Below are positions 51,105 through 64,000 of a stretch of 64,000 nucleotides of DNA, piece after piece; positions within the stretch are counted from its first letter, which is position 1; every line of letters begins with the position of its first letter. The position numbers and the translations under genes are program-made. The stretch lies in NCBI GenBank assembly GCA_016748015.1, contig JAAOMT010000786.1:317903-381902 (forward strand), read 5' to 3'. The DNA is from Geosiphon pyriformis uo1. Taxonomy: Eukaryota > Fungi > Glomeromycota. The notes under the pieces are model-generated. The model ran no database searches, was not told the DNA's origin, and was given only the letters and a program-made list of their open reading frames with translations.

Positions 51105-54100
51105 TAATATTTTTATTTTTTTTATTTATTTATTTTTTTTATTAGTTTTACAAATACAGTCCAACTATTATCTAATATACAAAAACAAACTAAGTATATT
51201 AAACTAAATTAGTTTATGTATTTACGATATGTAATTAGCTATTCAAGCCAATTAAAATCATATTATATACTTATATTAACTTCCAACTTATTATTCAAAT
51301 CTAAAAAAAACAGACAAGCTTTATATAATCCAAAGTTAACAGCAAATAATTTAATAATTTTAAGCAGACAAACCATCTTAATTGAAAAAAAACTAGACAG
51401 GTCATCATATGTCTTAAGCAAAATTTCCATCTCCTTTACCAAATTTTTTTTTCTATATTAATCTTATACTTTGACCTAAAATTTCACAATTTATTATAAT
51501 ATACATTAGCCAAATACTAAATAAAATTAGTTAATATTACTATAGTTTTTTTTTATTCTTAAATTTAAAAGCAGCTTTGCTAATCCAATTCCTAAAACAA
51601 ATCTTTTACATAAGATCTTATAAACACTAATATTTAATGTTCTTAATAAAAAAATACACAATATTAAAGAAGTTATTAAAGAACAAGATCTCATTAAAGA
51701 TATTTACAATTTAGAATAATTTAACAAAATCTCAAATCACACAGAAACATTTTTTGAATAAGTAAAAACATAATCAAGCAATTTAACATTACTATAAAAC
51801 AGACACAACATATTTGGGTATTTCTTATTATAAAGTTTCTTTCTAATTGCAATTAATAATTTTTTATAAACTGTTTTTATTAAATATGTGTAAAAAGCTG
51901 TTAAATATCTGTTAGTATAACCAAAAAACATATGAAAATTAGAATATTATACTAAAGCAATATAGTGCTAATTAATAATTTAAATAAAAAAATCTTACAA
52001 ATTTTTATATTTGGATCTGTTTCCTATTAAACATAATTAACTGTCTAATATATATTGTGAATAAAATATTGAAAATTGCCTAAAATAATTGAATTATCTG
52101 TTGATATAAATTTTTTATGCATATCAGTAGGTAAAAAAATACAAAACTGAGTTACAACATTCACAAACCTATTAATTTTGTCATTGTTAGTATCTTCTAA
52201 ATGATTTTTAATCTTTATCTACTTAACAAAAATGTTTTTGAATCTAATTAAGTTAGCTATATACTGTCTTTCAATTCAGCATTTATTTCGAAAATTAGAT
52301 ACAAACAGCACAAGCTCTAATATATATACAACTATAGTAGCTTGGCTGTCAGTATGCAAAACTACTAAACAAAAAAAGTAAATGTATTTTAAAACTAAAA
52401 TAATAGTCTGCAATTCTAACAAAGTCAATAACAGCAAACCAGAAATTCTTACACTTAAACTTACTTTAACTTTAGAAAAATTTGCTGCTGTTTTATTTGT
52501 CATATTAATAATATTCAAATTATGTAAAAAATTATCAATGTAAACATTTATCTTTCATGTTCAAAGTTTATGTAAATGCTTTCAAACATCCAAAAATTCA
52601 CTCAAATTATAAAAATCTAAACAGTTAGAGTTAAAACCACACTTTACAAGTTTAACAAAAAATTTTTTTATATAAACAGCAGTCTTTACAAATCATGCTA
52701 ATATTAGGCTTTTTGTACTCAGTCTTTTTCAATAACAAAAGATCTTCTAATTCATAATTAAACCATATTTGTCTAGTAATCTATTACTAAAACAATGCCA
52801 AGTTGCTTTAAAAAATGAATTATATCAAAGTAATATAAGCCATCTAAAATCTTTGACATAAAAAAACAACTAAAAAAACAAAAAACACAAAGTAACTCAT
52901 TTGTTAAAAAAATATTGTTATTCAAAAAAATCTGTATTATGTATGCCAAAAAATTGTTTACAAAATTAACTTTTAGCTTAACAGAAGATTGTAATAAATT
53001 TTTTAGTACTTAATTTATAATCTGTAAATTCAGAAACCAGTATACAAATAGACAGCTAAAAATTTCTACTGTATTAAAAAACCAAATCAATAAAGCTACT
53101 TTGTTTTCTATTTGTAATTGCTTGAAAGATTTTAGTCTATACAATAATAGATAATATAAAGTCTTATTAGGAAAACCTCTTGGCAAATTAGTTATTAACC
53201 TAAATTCTTTTCTAATTATAACATTTCACTTTTAACATATATACTTAAACACAAAATTGAATTGTATTTGGTAATCAACAATAAGCTACAAAACTATTGA
53301 AATTAGGTAGAAAAATTGTTTATCTGATAAAGTTTTCCTAAGTAGCATGTTTAAAAAAAACTTAATATCTGAATGTGTTTTGATAAAACTTGGCTTAAAT
53401 ATACTCTCTATTGACAAAAAAATTCTTAAATATCTGTGAGATTTTTTATGCTTGAAAATAGAAATAAATTGGCTACCAATATGTAATAAAGCAATTATAA
53501 CTCTTTAGTTTATAAGGATTACAACTATTTTTTTATTGTTAATACAAATGTTATTAATTTTAAAAAACTAATTAGTCAAGTCTAAAATATACTGTGTCAA
53601 AGTCTAACCATTTTTTACCCAAATTGTGTCATCTATGAAAGCATTTGCTGTAAAAAAAAAAGTTTTTTTTTTACTGTTTTCTATTTTATCTGTCTTAAAC
53701 ACAAATTAATATTAATCTAATATTTACACAAATGTTTTTAATGCTTAATTTCACACAATAAAGAATCATAAAAAATTCTTCAAAGAAGTAGTAAAAAAAC
53801 TTCACTTTAATCTAGCCTATTATGTATTCTGTAATTATTTGAGAGGCCAAAATTTGTTATTACTCTGTTGATCCTATTCTTATAAATGTTTCCAAAAAAG
53901 TTAATAAATCTGTTACATATTTTAATTTGTCTTAAACTAACTTCTAAATAATATCACCCAACTAAATTGTAAGCTTTACACATGTTTTGTAGTATTAACC
54001 CAAACTCTTACTCTTTTTTCAAACCATTTTTTACAATAAAACTAACAGTAAATACTGGTAATTAAATCAAAATATTTTTAAGACTAAAAAATTGTTATTG

Positions 54101-57100
54101 TAGAGAATATTAAACTTGTTACAAGCAGATAAAATATGATCTGATAAAATTTTGGACAAAATTTTTCTGGCAGTTTTAATTAATGCTATGAACTATGTAT
54201 TAGTCAAAATATCATTTCAATTATATGGCTTAAGAATTATTAAAACCCATATTCTTTTTTAAAAAACAGAGATATTTCTAAGAATTAGACAAATGTTTAA
54301 CAAAACCAAGAAACAATTTACTATCATATTATCACAATATTTCTAAAGTTTATTAGTTATGCCAGATAGATCTACAGCTTTGTCATTGGGCAGACTGCCA
54401 ATTACTGAAATTAAATCTACTTTGCTAATAACACTTATAATACTAAAAAAAACATCTTTACTTACATATATTAAAGACATATATTAACAAGCTCACAATT
54501 TAGACAAGGCTAAAAAAATCCCATGCTTTTTTGTTCAACTTTTTATAATTTTATTAATCTTATGCTTTACTTTATTCAGCTTTAAAACTAATTTTTCTTT
54601 AATTACCAGATAATTTAAAACCATCTTTCAAAACAGCTATTCCAAAACACTCCTAATTATGCTACTCTTATTAAAACTGAAATTTTCTATTCTTCTATTA
54701 ATTGTGCTTCTAATTGCAATTATTTTTTTAGTTTTAAATTTTTGATACTTGAATTTCTAATACTTTTTCTTTAAACTTAACAAATAAAGAAAAACTTTTT
54801 TTATTTTTAGCCTTATATTCAATTAGAAAAAACAAACCAATTGAATCATTAACATCTAATCTTGATCAAATTTGTCTAAAATAATTAAACTCAATGATCT
54901 TTTCAGAAAAAAAAACTTTAACTAGTCTTGAAACCAAAACTTTCAACTTGTAATATCTAGAGAATTGTTTATCTCTGAAATTATTAGGCTTTTTAAACCA
55001 ATTCCTAAAAAATACTTTGTTTGCTAATTCAATTATGATTGATTTTATAAGATTTTATATTATATCTAATTTATCTTTTTTTTTACAACCTAAAACTTAT
55101 TATATATTTAAAATATCTTAATTAATAAACATTTCTTAAATCGAGTCTATTTAAAGAATCAACATTCTTAACATCAAACTTTTAACAAATTTTATAGTAT
55201 TTTTTTGAATAGTATTCAAATTTTTATTCAAAAAACTATTTAAACTAAAAAAAACCATAACAGTTAAATGATTAATATTAAAAAAATCAGAAATGCTATC
55301 AACTTTGTGCTTGATTACTATTGTCAAAAAGTGTTTACTAACCAAAATATAATTAATAATTTTTTTAATGCTTTTTGAATTACTTTATATTAAAAATTAG
55401 CAACTATATTATTTGACATGAAATTGCACAAACCCAAATTAAGACATTTTTTTAAGCTTGTACATTACTTTGTTTTATTTTCATTAAAATTACCATTCAA
55501 TACCACATAAAAACTTATATTGATTACTTTGACAATGCATGAATTTACTTTACCAGCTTAATCAAAATACATTTCAGCAGAAACATTTATATATAAATCC
55601 AAAATAGTTATTAAAATTTTTTTGTTAAACAATAAACAAAATAAAAAAAAATAACCAAAGATTTTAGAAATCTTATATATGTATTAAACAAAAGATTCAT
55701 CTATTATTATTATTATTTTCAAACTTAAATAACCAGTATTCAAACCAGATATAAAAACTTTTAAGTCTACAAACTTGTTTTTAATTCAAGATCTAATATG
55801 CTTTTTTAATTTTGTTTTAATAAATATTAATATTAAATTTTCAGAATTTTTGTGTTATTTAATAATATCATTTTGTTTGGCCAAATTGTTTATTCTTTTA
55901 ATGTTGTATATTGCAATCTTTCAAATATAGTCAGTTATTGAAACAAAAAAAACAACATAAAATCTGTACTAAAATATAACTGATTTAATCTCACTAAAAC
56001 TAAATTAACAAAAACCTCAAAAATCACTATTTTTAATTTTAGACCACTTATTTTGGTGATTAAAACTTTAAAACTGTTTGAACCTATTATTGAAGCTTTA
56101 GTCTTTACTAGAAAAAAAAAGAAAACAATAATTATAAGGCATTCAAAACTATATTTAAAGTTAATAATAGATTTAAAACCATTAAATTTGCCAAAGTAAG
56201 AGCAGATAAAAAAAAAACCAAGAATGCCAAATCTAAACTGCTAAGTCTATATACAATATTAAACATCTGGTTAAACAAAAGCTCCACAAAGTGTTTCAAA
56301 AAAGCCAAATAATTACTAATTGTAAAACATCTTGAAAATCAAGAGTTTTATCACTAAAAAAAAATGCCAAAAAAAAAAAGCTTGAAAACAAATATTAAAG
56401 ACACTATTTAGGCTCAAGACATATCATTAAAAGCAGCAAATTGAAAAATAGACACATTTTTTTTCACATAAAAATAAGCAAACTGAAAACAATTTTGATT
56501 CAAAACAAATTTTTTATAAATTTTTTTTAAAACTAGAGCTAAAAAGCCAAAAAAATCATACTTAAAAAAAAAATATCTAAAATTTCTATATTTTATACAA
56601 CAAACTAAATCTATCCTAACCCAAAAAAGTTTTATGCCATCCAAAATTGGTTCTATATAAAAAGCAAATTCAAGTTTTTTATTTGACTCAAAGCTAACTA
56701 CAATACAATAAATTTTATTGCCAGTTTTAAGTAATTAATTAATAATACAAGTTTTTTTATTAGCCCTTTCCAAAAGAATACTAAGATTATAAATTGTAAT
56801 TTCTACTAACAAAGTAAACAAAAACACTGTTATAGATGATTATTTAAAGTGTTAAAACAAATAATAAACTTATAACTTGGTGCTTAAAGTTGTTAATAAT
56901 AATAGTTTCTGAAAGTATTGAAATTTAAAAATTTTAGTTAAATCTTTTATATAATGAATAAAAATTTAATTGAGAGTTTTTTTCATGAATTTTTTTTTAG
57001 CATAATAGTCAGTTTATTCTGGTAGTTGTGCTTTTCTGATAAGCTATTCTTAAGTTTTCTATCTTTGTTCTTGAGTTTTTTATCAAGTTATCCTTAATAT

Positions 57101-58620
57101 TAATTACTTAGTACTTAATTTTGTTAATTAATTAATAAATATAAAAAAAATAAAATAAAAAAAATAAAAAAAAATAAAAGAAAAATAAGAAAATAAAATA
57201 AAAAATTAGTATTCTATTAATAGTTATGATCAAGAACTATTGGCCCAATATGGTTAAGTATCAAATTTTATTAACATAAATTGTTGATAGTACAAAAATG
57301 ATTAATATTTCTTTAATTAAATAATAATAATATGAATAAAATAATAATAGATAATTTTATTAATATAAATATGATTCTACTTTAAGTTATAAAAAACTAT
57401 CTTTTAAAAAAAAAAGTATTGGATAATTACTGATTTTTAGCTATGGTTTTTTTTTGCTTTTAATACTTTCACTATATATATATAATTTTTATTATATAAA
57501 ATCTTACATATTCTTAAATAATATACTATAGTTTTTTAATAATATGTTTACTTATTAAGTACTATTTTTTTATTGGCTTATTTTTACTATTTGTTTTTTT
57601 TACTTTTTTTTTGTACTTTTTTTCTATAAGTAACAATACCCTGAAACAATCTCTTAATATTTAAGTCTCATAGTTTTCTATAGTTTTGGTTATATATATT
57701 GAATTTTTTCCAATTAAAAATAACTATTTTTTTGCCAATTGATTTGCTTGTTCTAATTCAGCAAACTCCACTATAGTCTTTTGCTATAGCCCAACTAATT
57801 ATAATCAGATCAACTTAATTTGTTTAAACTCAGATACTGCAACAATAATTATTTTTTTTAGCATGTTTATAAGAATTTTTTTAATTATCACAGTTCAATC
57901 TGAGTGTATTTCTTGTCTTTTAACATTGTTGTTTACAATAATTTTTTTGTCTTTAGCCAATAATATGGTCTTCTTCATATTTTCTTTAAATGTAAACATT
58001 AATTAAATAATTTTTTTAAATTTTAAGAAAATAGTAGTCCTTCTAAAACTATTGATTAATAAAAAATTTTTTCTAATAAGTTGAGTTTTTGTCATTGTTA
58101 ATTTTTTTTTTACAGTTAAAAAATTAATGTTTAATATAAAAAATTTTTTTATTGTTATTTCAAATTGGGTTTTTATTATTTTAAAATTAATCTATCTTTT
58201 ATCAAAAGAGATATTGAGAGAAGAAGGGAAAAGTTTTTTATTTTTATCTATGTTATAATCAATTAAGTTAATAGAAAAACCATAAACCAGACTAGTATTT
58301 ACCTTCTTAGTTTTAGGAGTATTTGCTGTTAAACCAAGAAAAAAGCTATTATTAACATCCAAAGAAATACTATTATCTTTACTATCACTAGATTTACTGT
58401 TTATATTCAAAAATACATTACTACTAGCATCAGATTTAATTAAAAAAATATCTTTCTTGTTACTAGAATACTTAATATTACTAACAGATACTTTTTTTTA
58501 AGAAAAAAAAAATCTTCAACAGAACCATAAAGAAATTTTTTGGATGCTTTTTTCTTAAACATAATACTATTTGAAGCAATTACCAGATTCATTACAAAAA
58601 AGATTATTTGCTTGAAAAAT
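51105..58620 (-). mobile_element. LINE copy 2: full-length but extremely degenerate, AT-shifted relative of copy 1, interrupted by a solo LTR
   Basis: T-rich tail 51105-51140; 3' UTR alignable to copy 1; RNase H remnant LELQTI..HTDSQ (52276-52518); endonuclease remnant (55151-55345); ORF1 remnants PILDGIKLFW (56.6 kb), QKTIVEFAELEQA (57.75 kb) and MFKKKAS start (58562). Confidence 0.8.
56828..57635. mobile_element. Solo LTR (808 bp) inserted in LINE copy 2 ORF1
   Basis: Termini TGTTA...TAACA; flanks ACAC (56824-56827) and ATAC (57636-57639). Removing the insert and one flank restores the ORF1 frame FRVFLFTL. Homologous to 58623-59445. Confidence 0.75.
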
Positions 58621-58622
58621 GT

Positions 58623-59445
58623 TGTTACAAGTGATTATTTGGGGTCTCAAATCAAATAACAAACCCATAACTTGGTGCTTAGCAGTTGTTCTTGTTGGTA
58701 ATATCTGTAGATTGTTTATATCTGAAAGTTTTGATGGAGTTTTTTGTATAATGGACAGAAATTTAATTGATGGTTTTATCTGTAGCTTTTCGAAACCACA
58801 GTTTCATCAATTTTTTTCTCAACATAATGGCTGGTAATTCTCCTGGTATTTACCTTTATTTCTGGGTTTTTTACCAGTGCTATATCCTGACATCAGTATC
58901 TTTGTATATAAATTCTTTTAATTAAACAAAAAAAACAACAAGAAAAAATAACAGAAAATAAAAGAGATTAAAAGAATAAGCCAAAGCAATAAATGTTAAT
59001 ATCCTGTCAATAGCTGTAATCAAGAGCTATTGTTCTAGTGTGGTTAAGTATTAATTACTATCAACACTTTATGTTAATAGTGGAAAGTAGATTGAGATAG
59101 TGAATAATTATTTATTAATATTTGTGAATAGAAGATTGCTTAGATTAAATCTAAACTAAGAAGTCTGTTTTTTTTTTTTCTAATGCTACTGTTATATATA
59201 CATAATTAAGATTTTTTAATTTCTTGATTCTTCATACCAGAAATTCTGGAATTCCTGGAATCTTGTAATTTCTTTTGAGAGAAATTCTAAAATTCTGAAA
59301 TCCTGCAATTCCTTGTATGAGAATCTTGAATTTCTGGAATCCTACAATTCTTCTTAAAAGAAATTCTGGAATTCCACATTTATTACAGCTACTTCTGATT
59401 GGCTAATTTATATGCTAATATATTTCTTATATTTTATGCATAACA
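58623..59445 (-). mobile_element. LTR (823 bp), probably the 3' LTR of a minus-strand LTR retroelement
   Basis: Termini TGTTA...TAACA. Shares TGATTATTT..CAAATAA..ATAACTTGGTGCTTA and ATCAAGA.CTATTG...TGGTTAAGTAT blocks with 56828-57635. The adjacent TTATTCTCTTCTTTTT (59446-59461) is a polypurine tract on the minus strand. Confidence 0.7.
59225..59376. repeat. Degenerate tandem GAAATTCTGGAATTCC-type repeats inside the LTR
   Basis: Several imperfect copies of GAAATTCTGGAAT/GAATCCT.CAATT visible directly. Confidence 0.65.
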
Positions 59446-60511
59446 TTATTCTCTTCTTTTTAATATTGAACTCCATTGAAATCTCCTAATTTTAATTCTC
59501 TGTCTTTGAATATTTCTTGAATTTCTTTTTCAAGAATTACTTGTGTTATCTTGTTTTGTAATTTCTCAAATTGGGCATTGGTTATTTTTCTCATTTGGTT
59601 AATGATAATAGAATCTATTGCTGAATTGAGTAGAATTTCTGGTCAGTTCTAAAATCTGGTATGTAACCAATAAATGGCTCTTGCTTGTGTGGACAAATTG
59701 TTTTTCTTTACAAATTTTTTTAGTTGTTGCAGTATTGTTGTGTTGAATAATTGTTTTGTTTTATCTGTGTATAAATTCTGAATATTCAAGTATTGTTCTA
59801 AGTAAAAGTAATAAAAGTTTGTTAAAAATTGTTATGTTCACCAATTTCAAGTTTCTATAGTCAACTCTTAATATTGTGTAACTTTTGGTTGTGCTTTTAT
59901 TGTCACTTTCACTTTTGTAATTATTTTGTCAATAGTGTTTTCTGTTTTTTTCTGTATTTTATCTTGTGGTCTCTTTTTGGTGTTTTTGTATCTAATGATT
60001 TGTTGATTGATTGTAATTTCTATCTCTTGTTGTTGGATCAGTTGGAAGAGTTGTTGTGCTAGTGAGTAGATGTCATTGGTAATTTTATTACTATTACTAA
60101 GCTAAAAGCTGGTTTTTTTAACTAAAAACTTCTTATTTATATTTATATTCTTAATATTAGTAGTATTATCAGTATTAAAACCAATTATTTTATTAATCTT
60201 AGACAATTTTTAAAACACTTTAATATTAGTTTCAATAATAATTTTTTTTAAAATACTATTTTTGTGCTTTTTTTTGGTAAATAAATTCAAAACCACAAAA
60301 CCAGTACCAGATTTTTTTTGGATTTTTTCATATTTAAATTATTACTAATAATAGTAATTTTGTATTTAAACAAAAAAAGTTTTAAAATATTTAATTAAAT
60401 AGCAAAAATAAGCAAAAACAAAAAACTTTTTTAAAATAAAACACTTTTTTAAAAACTTAAAATATAAAAGAAAAAAAAATTTTAAATTTTGTATTTAATT
60501 AAAGAGTTTTT

Positions 60512-63500
60512 TTATTATTATTATTATTATTAACGAACGAGGTCCAAACATTACCTAGAACTTAACATCAAAGAAATGATCTAAACTAGACATGAATCAT
60601 GCATTTTCTACACATAACCAGCCACTCAAACCAGTCAGGACAACACTATGCAAATATATTAACAGAAACTGAATTACAAATACCCGAAAAAAACAAACAT
60701 GATTTATGAAAGCCAAAATAGACACCAAAAGCCTTAGCTATACCAAGCAACTTAACCACATCATCCGAAAACCTCAAAACCAAACCAGAAACTGAGATGG
60801 GAGTGGAGCCATCTATGAGAATCAACCTATTCTTTTCATTTCTGAAAGCATAACAGAGAAAGTACACAAAATTGGCAATTTTAATTCCAGCAATCTTGGG
60901 GTCATAGAAGACAGAAACAGCTTTCTGCAGTCATTCATTGAAAACAAAACCCTTGTAAAGAGTTAAAGACACTTGGAAATCGGAAACACAGATCGACAGC
61001 AGCTGCAATACACATGAGAAGGACAGGGTGAGACCAGAAAGCACCTTCTAAGAAGACACACAGGAATCCAAAATTTGACGACAAGCCGAGTCATCAACAG
61101 CACAAAAAAACACATGGTAAGACACCTCTAACTCACCACAATACAGACACAGAACACTAGGATAACTTTTTTATACAGACACTTCTAAACAGCCATAGGG
61201 AGCTGATGGTATAAAGCTTTCATGAAATAAGTATGAACATCAGCAGTGTTTCTGCTGGTAAAACCAGTAGTCATGTGCAAATCAGGGTGCCAAACTCAGG
61301 AAGAGCTGTGTCAATCGACGTCCAAGTGCAAACTGCTGGCCAGAAAACTAGAACCAGAACCAATTTCCCAATGAGCATAACAAACAGCACAAAAAATATC
61401 TCGAACAAAGTATCTAGAATTACCAGACACAATACTACCCTCCACCAACAAAAAATGTTCATCCACACAAAGAGGAAGATACCAACCAAAAAAAGAGGCA
61501 GCATCAGCCAGACTGTTAGCATGCTCATTCCCTGAAATTCCAGAGTGGCTCTTCACCTTGTGTCAGTTGACTTGCAAATTCTTAACACGAATAACATTTT
61601 TAATATGCCAACACTTGACCCAGCACCGATTGCAAAAGTCAGGACACATTAAAGCCCAATTCTGACTTACAAGCATCCAAAGCCATCTGACTATCTAAAA
61701 ACAAGCAAACAGAGTGAGATGCAGGTACACACTCTAGAGCCAAAGCAATAGTCTGCAATTCTGCCAAAGTAGAAGAAACTAAACCACAAACACCAACACT
61801 CAAACCCAAATCAATGTTTTCAAAGAAGACAGCAGCACCAGCCTGACAACTTGACAAGTCCAAATCATTTAGAAAACCATTCGTAAAAACAAACAGACTA
61901 TCAGAGCTAACTTGAAAGAAACGAGCACAGACCAACATGAAACCACTAGAATTACAAACACTCAGAGGGCCAACACTGACCAGAGCTGAAAAAAAAGGGA
62001 ACAGTAGACATAAGAACCCCAACATAATACCGAAAAGAGCTGGCCAAAAAGCCACCTAAAAACAAACTGCAATTGAGAAGAATACGAATCATACTTAACA
62101 AAAAATTATTGAAAACACTGACACGAATACGAGCAGAAAAGCTCAACAGATGAACTGGGCACCAACACAAACTTTGCAAGTCATGAGACCTATGACTGAA
62201 CAACCACCCCAAAATACCATCAGAGTTTGTGAAACTGATAAGTGAGGCAACTTTGCTTTCAGACTGGCATTGCCAAAAAGACTTCAGACCATAAAAGAAG
62301 GAGTGGTAAATTGTATTACCAGGAAAGTCAAGAGGAAGACCAGATTTCAGTTTCAAATCTTTGCAAACCAGAGCATCTCACTTGGAGTACACACCAACAG
62401 GGACAAAACTGAACTGCATTCTGTAGCTAATTATGGGATGGAGAACTGCTAACATTAAATACAAGAACTGTTTATCTGATACTGCCTTCTTGAGAACCAA
62501 ATTACAGAAAAAACAAATGTTCAAGTATGCTTTAGCCAAACTAGGCTTTGAAAGACCATTAGTTGAAAGAAAGATACCAAGATACCTATAAAATTTGCTC
62601 TTTTTGGCTATAGAAATGGGCAAACCACTGATAGAAAAAGATGGACTATTGATTCTGTTATTGATAGGAATAGCCGTAGTCTTGTTATTATTGATTGAAA
62701 TGTCATTAATTCAAAAAAACTCACTAGCAACATTGAGAATATGTTGAGTAGCAGTCTGACTGCTGCCAACCCAAATTGTGTCATTTACAAAAGCCCCAGC
62801 AGCAAAAAATGATGAAAGCCCAGCTTAAGATTCAGCATGACCGCCTTTGGAGATAAAATAAGAAATGAGTCTATATCTGCACACACTCTCCTGACATTTG
62901 ACTTCACATAAAAGAGGATCATAAAATATATACCATAGGAGGGGAGAAAAGATTTTGCCTTGATCCAAACCATCATGCACCCAATAACCTCTTGTCAGCC
63001 CAAAATCTATCATAACCCAATTGGTGCAATTTTGATAAATGCCATTGAAAAACCAGATGAACTTGCTACACATTTTAATCCAAACTAAACATTTCTCAAG
63101 GTGCACCCAGCCAACTGAGTTATACGCCTTCTGCATGTTCTGTAAAACAAACCAGAGTTTATGGTTCTTTTCTAGAGTGTCTTCAACAATGGAACCAATC
63201 GCAAAAATGAGAGACTGGGTAGTTATATCTTTCAAAACCAAGAAATTGTTATCACGAAGAATGCCATATGTGCTATATGCCAAGGAGATTCTATCAGAGA
63301 GAATCTTAAAAAGAATCTTACAAGCTGTTTTGATTAATGCAATAGGACAAATATTCGTCAGTACATCTTCCCACTCATATGGTTTAAAAATCATCAAGAC
63401 TCAAGCCTCTTTTCAAGAACTAGACACCAATTCACATAACAAACACGAATTTAAGAGAACTAAGAGCATATCTAAAACAGATCTATCACAATGTTTCCAA

Positions 63501-64000
63501 AGTTTATTTGAAATACCAGAAAAACCAGCAGCTTTGTTATCAGGCAGACCAGAAACCATTCTGAACAACTCATCAAAACCAATCGAACACATCATGCCAG
63601 AAAAAGCCTCATCAAAAACATACTCCAAAGGCTGATATTGACGACACCAATCACCAGAGATATTAGTGACCACTTAATGTAACCATGTCTAATCTGCCAT
63701 AATCTCGTCTACCTTAGACTTCACAGAATTAGATTCCAAAATCAGCTCATCACCTACCACTAAGTGGTCCAAAACCACTTTGTGGAAAGGATGCTCTAGG
63801 ACACTTCGAATAGTATAACCTTTGTTCAACTCAAAGCTTTCCATTCTTTTGTCAATTGCTGACCTAATATAAGACTCTCTAGCACACTCCAATTCTGACA
63901 ACTTAGATAAATGGTAAGATTTCCTAATCCTGGCTAAAGCTGACCAAATGGTATCAAAATAGAAACCTGAAAGAAAAAGAGACTTAACAACAAAGACATT
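60512..64000 (-). mobile_element. LINE copy 3: 3' part of ORF2 (RT-RNase H-zinc finger) plus 3' UTR and (TAA)n tail; continues beyond the window; moderately degenerate
   Basis: Fragments homologous to copy 1: KRMESFELNKG, GISNKLWKHC, VHDGLDQG, YLGIFLS, AELQTIALAL, KSHSGISGNEHA. About six TAA units at 60512-60532. Confidence 0.9.

Noticed and set aside
44311-63635. Numerous short antisense or alternate-frame ORFs within the LINEs
   Set aside because: Shadows of the LINE ORF1/ORF2 coding strand with no independent motifs.

Overview
Eukaryotic, intron-rich, AT-rich fungal DNA. The gene style and the LINE family suggest an early-diverging fungus (Glomeromycotina/Mucoromycota); this is inference, not a database result. 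The window has two compartments. (1) About 1-43.7 kb is gene-dense: SVF1, a 464-aa intronless orphan, a membrane-anchored double-domain amidohydrolase (with a 2.17-kb duplication around an N-gap that is probably an assembly artefact), EFM5, mitochondrial-type SHMT, a small membrane orphan, AP-1 gamma adaptin, an intronless HIT-fold protein, an ankyrin+DIL protein, the PP2A catalytic subunit, V-ATPase subunit H, a divergent cystathionine beta-synthase-like gene, myosin light chain, a LENG1-like gene, EXO70 and RPL13. (2) About 43.8-64 kb is a nest of three RNase H-bearing LINEs at very different stages of decay, plus two related LTRs; one LTR is a solo LTR with a 4-bp target-site duplication inside LINE ORF1. 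Main leads: near-pure C->T/G->A hypermutation of repeats, mostly outside CpG (RIP-like, in a lineage where RIP is not established); two U12-type (GTATCCTT) intron donors; an ORF-less GC-richer island at 29.7-30.9 kb behind paired MCB boxes (ncRNA candidate); a HIT protein with an HLHLK motif; and an in-frame intronic ATG that could give a cytosolic SHMT isoform. Exon boundaries were read by eye and need RNA-seq confirmation.
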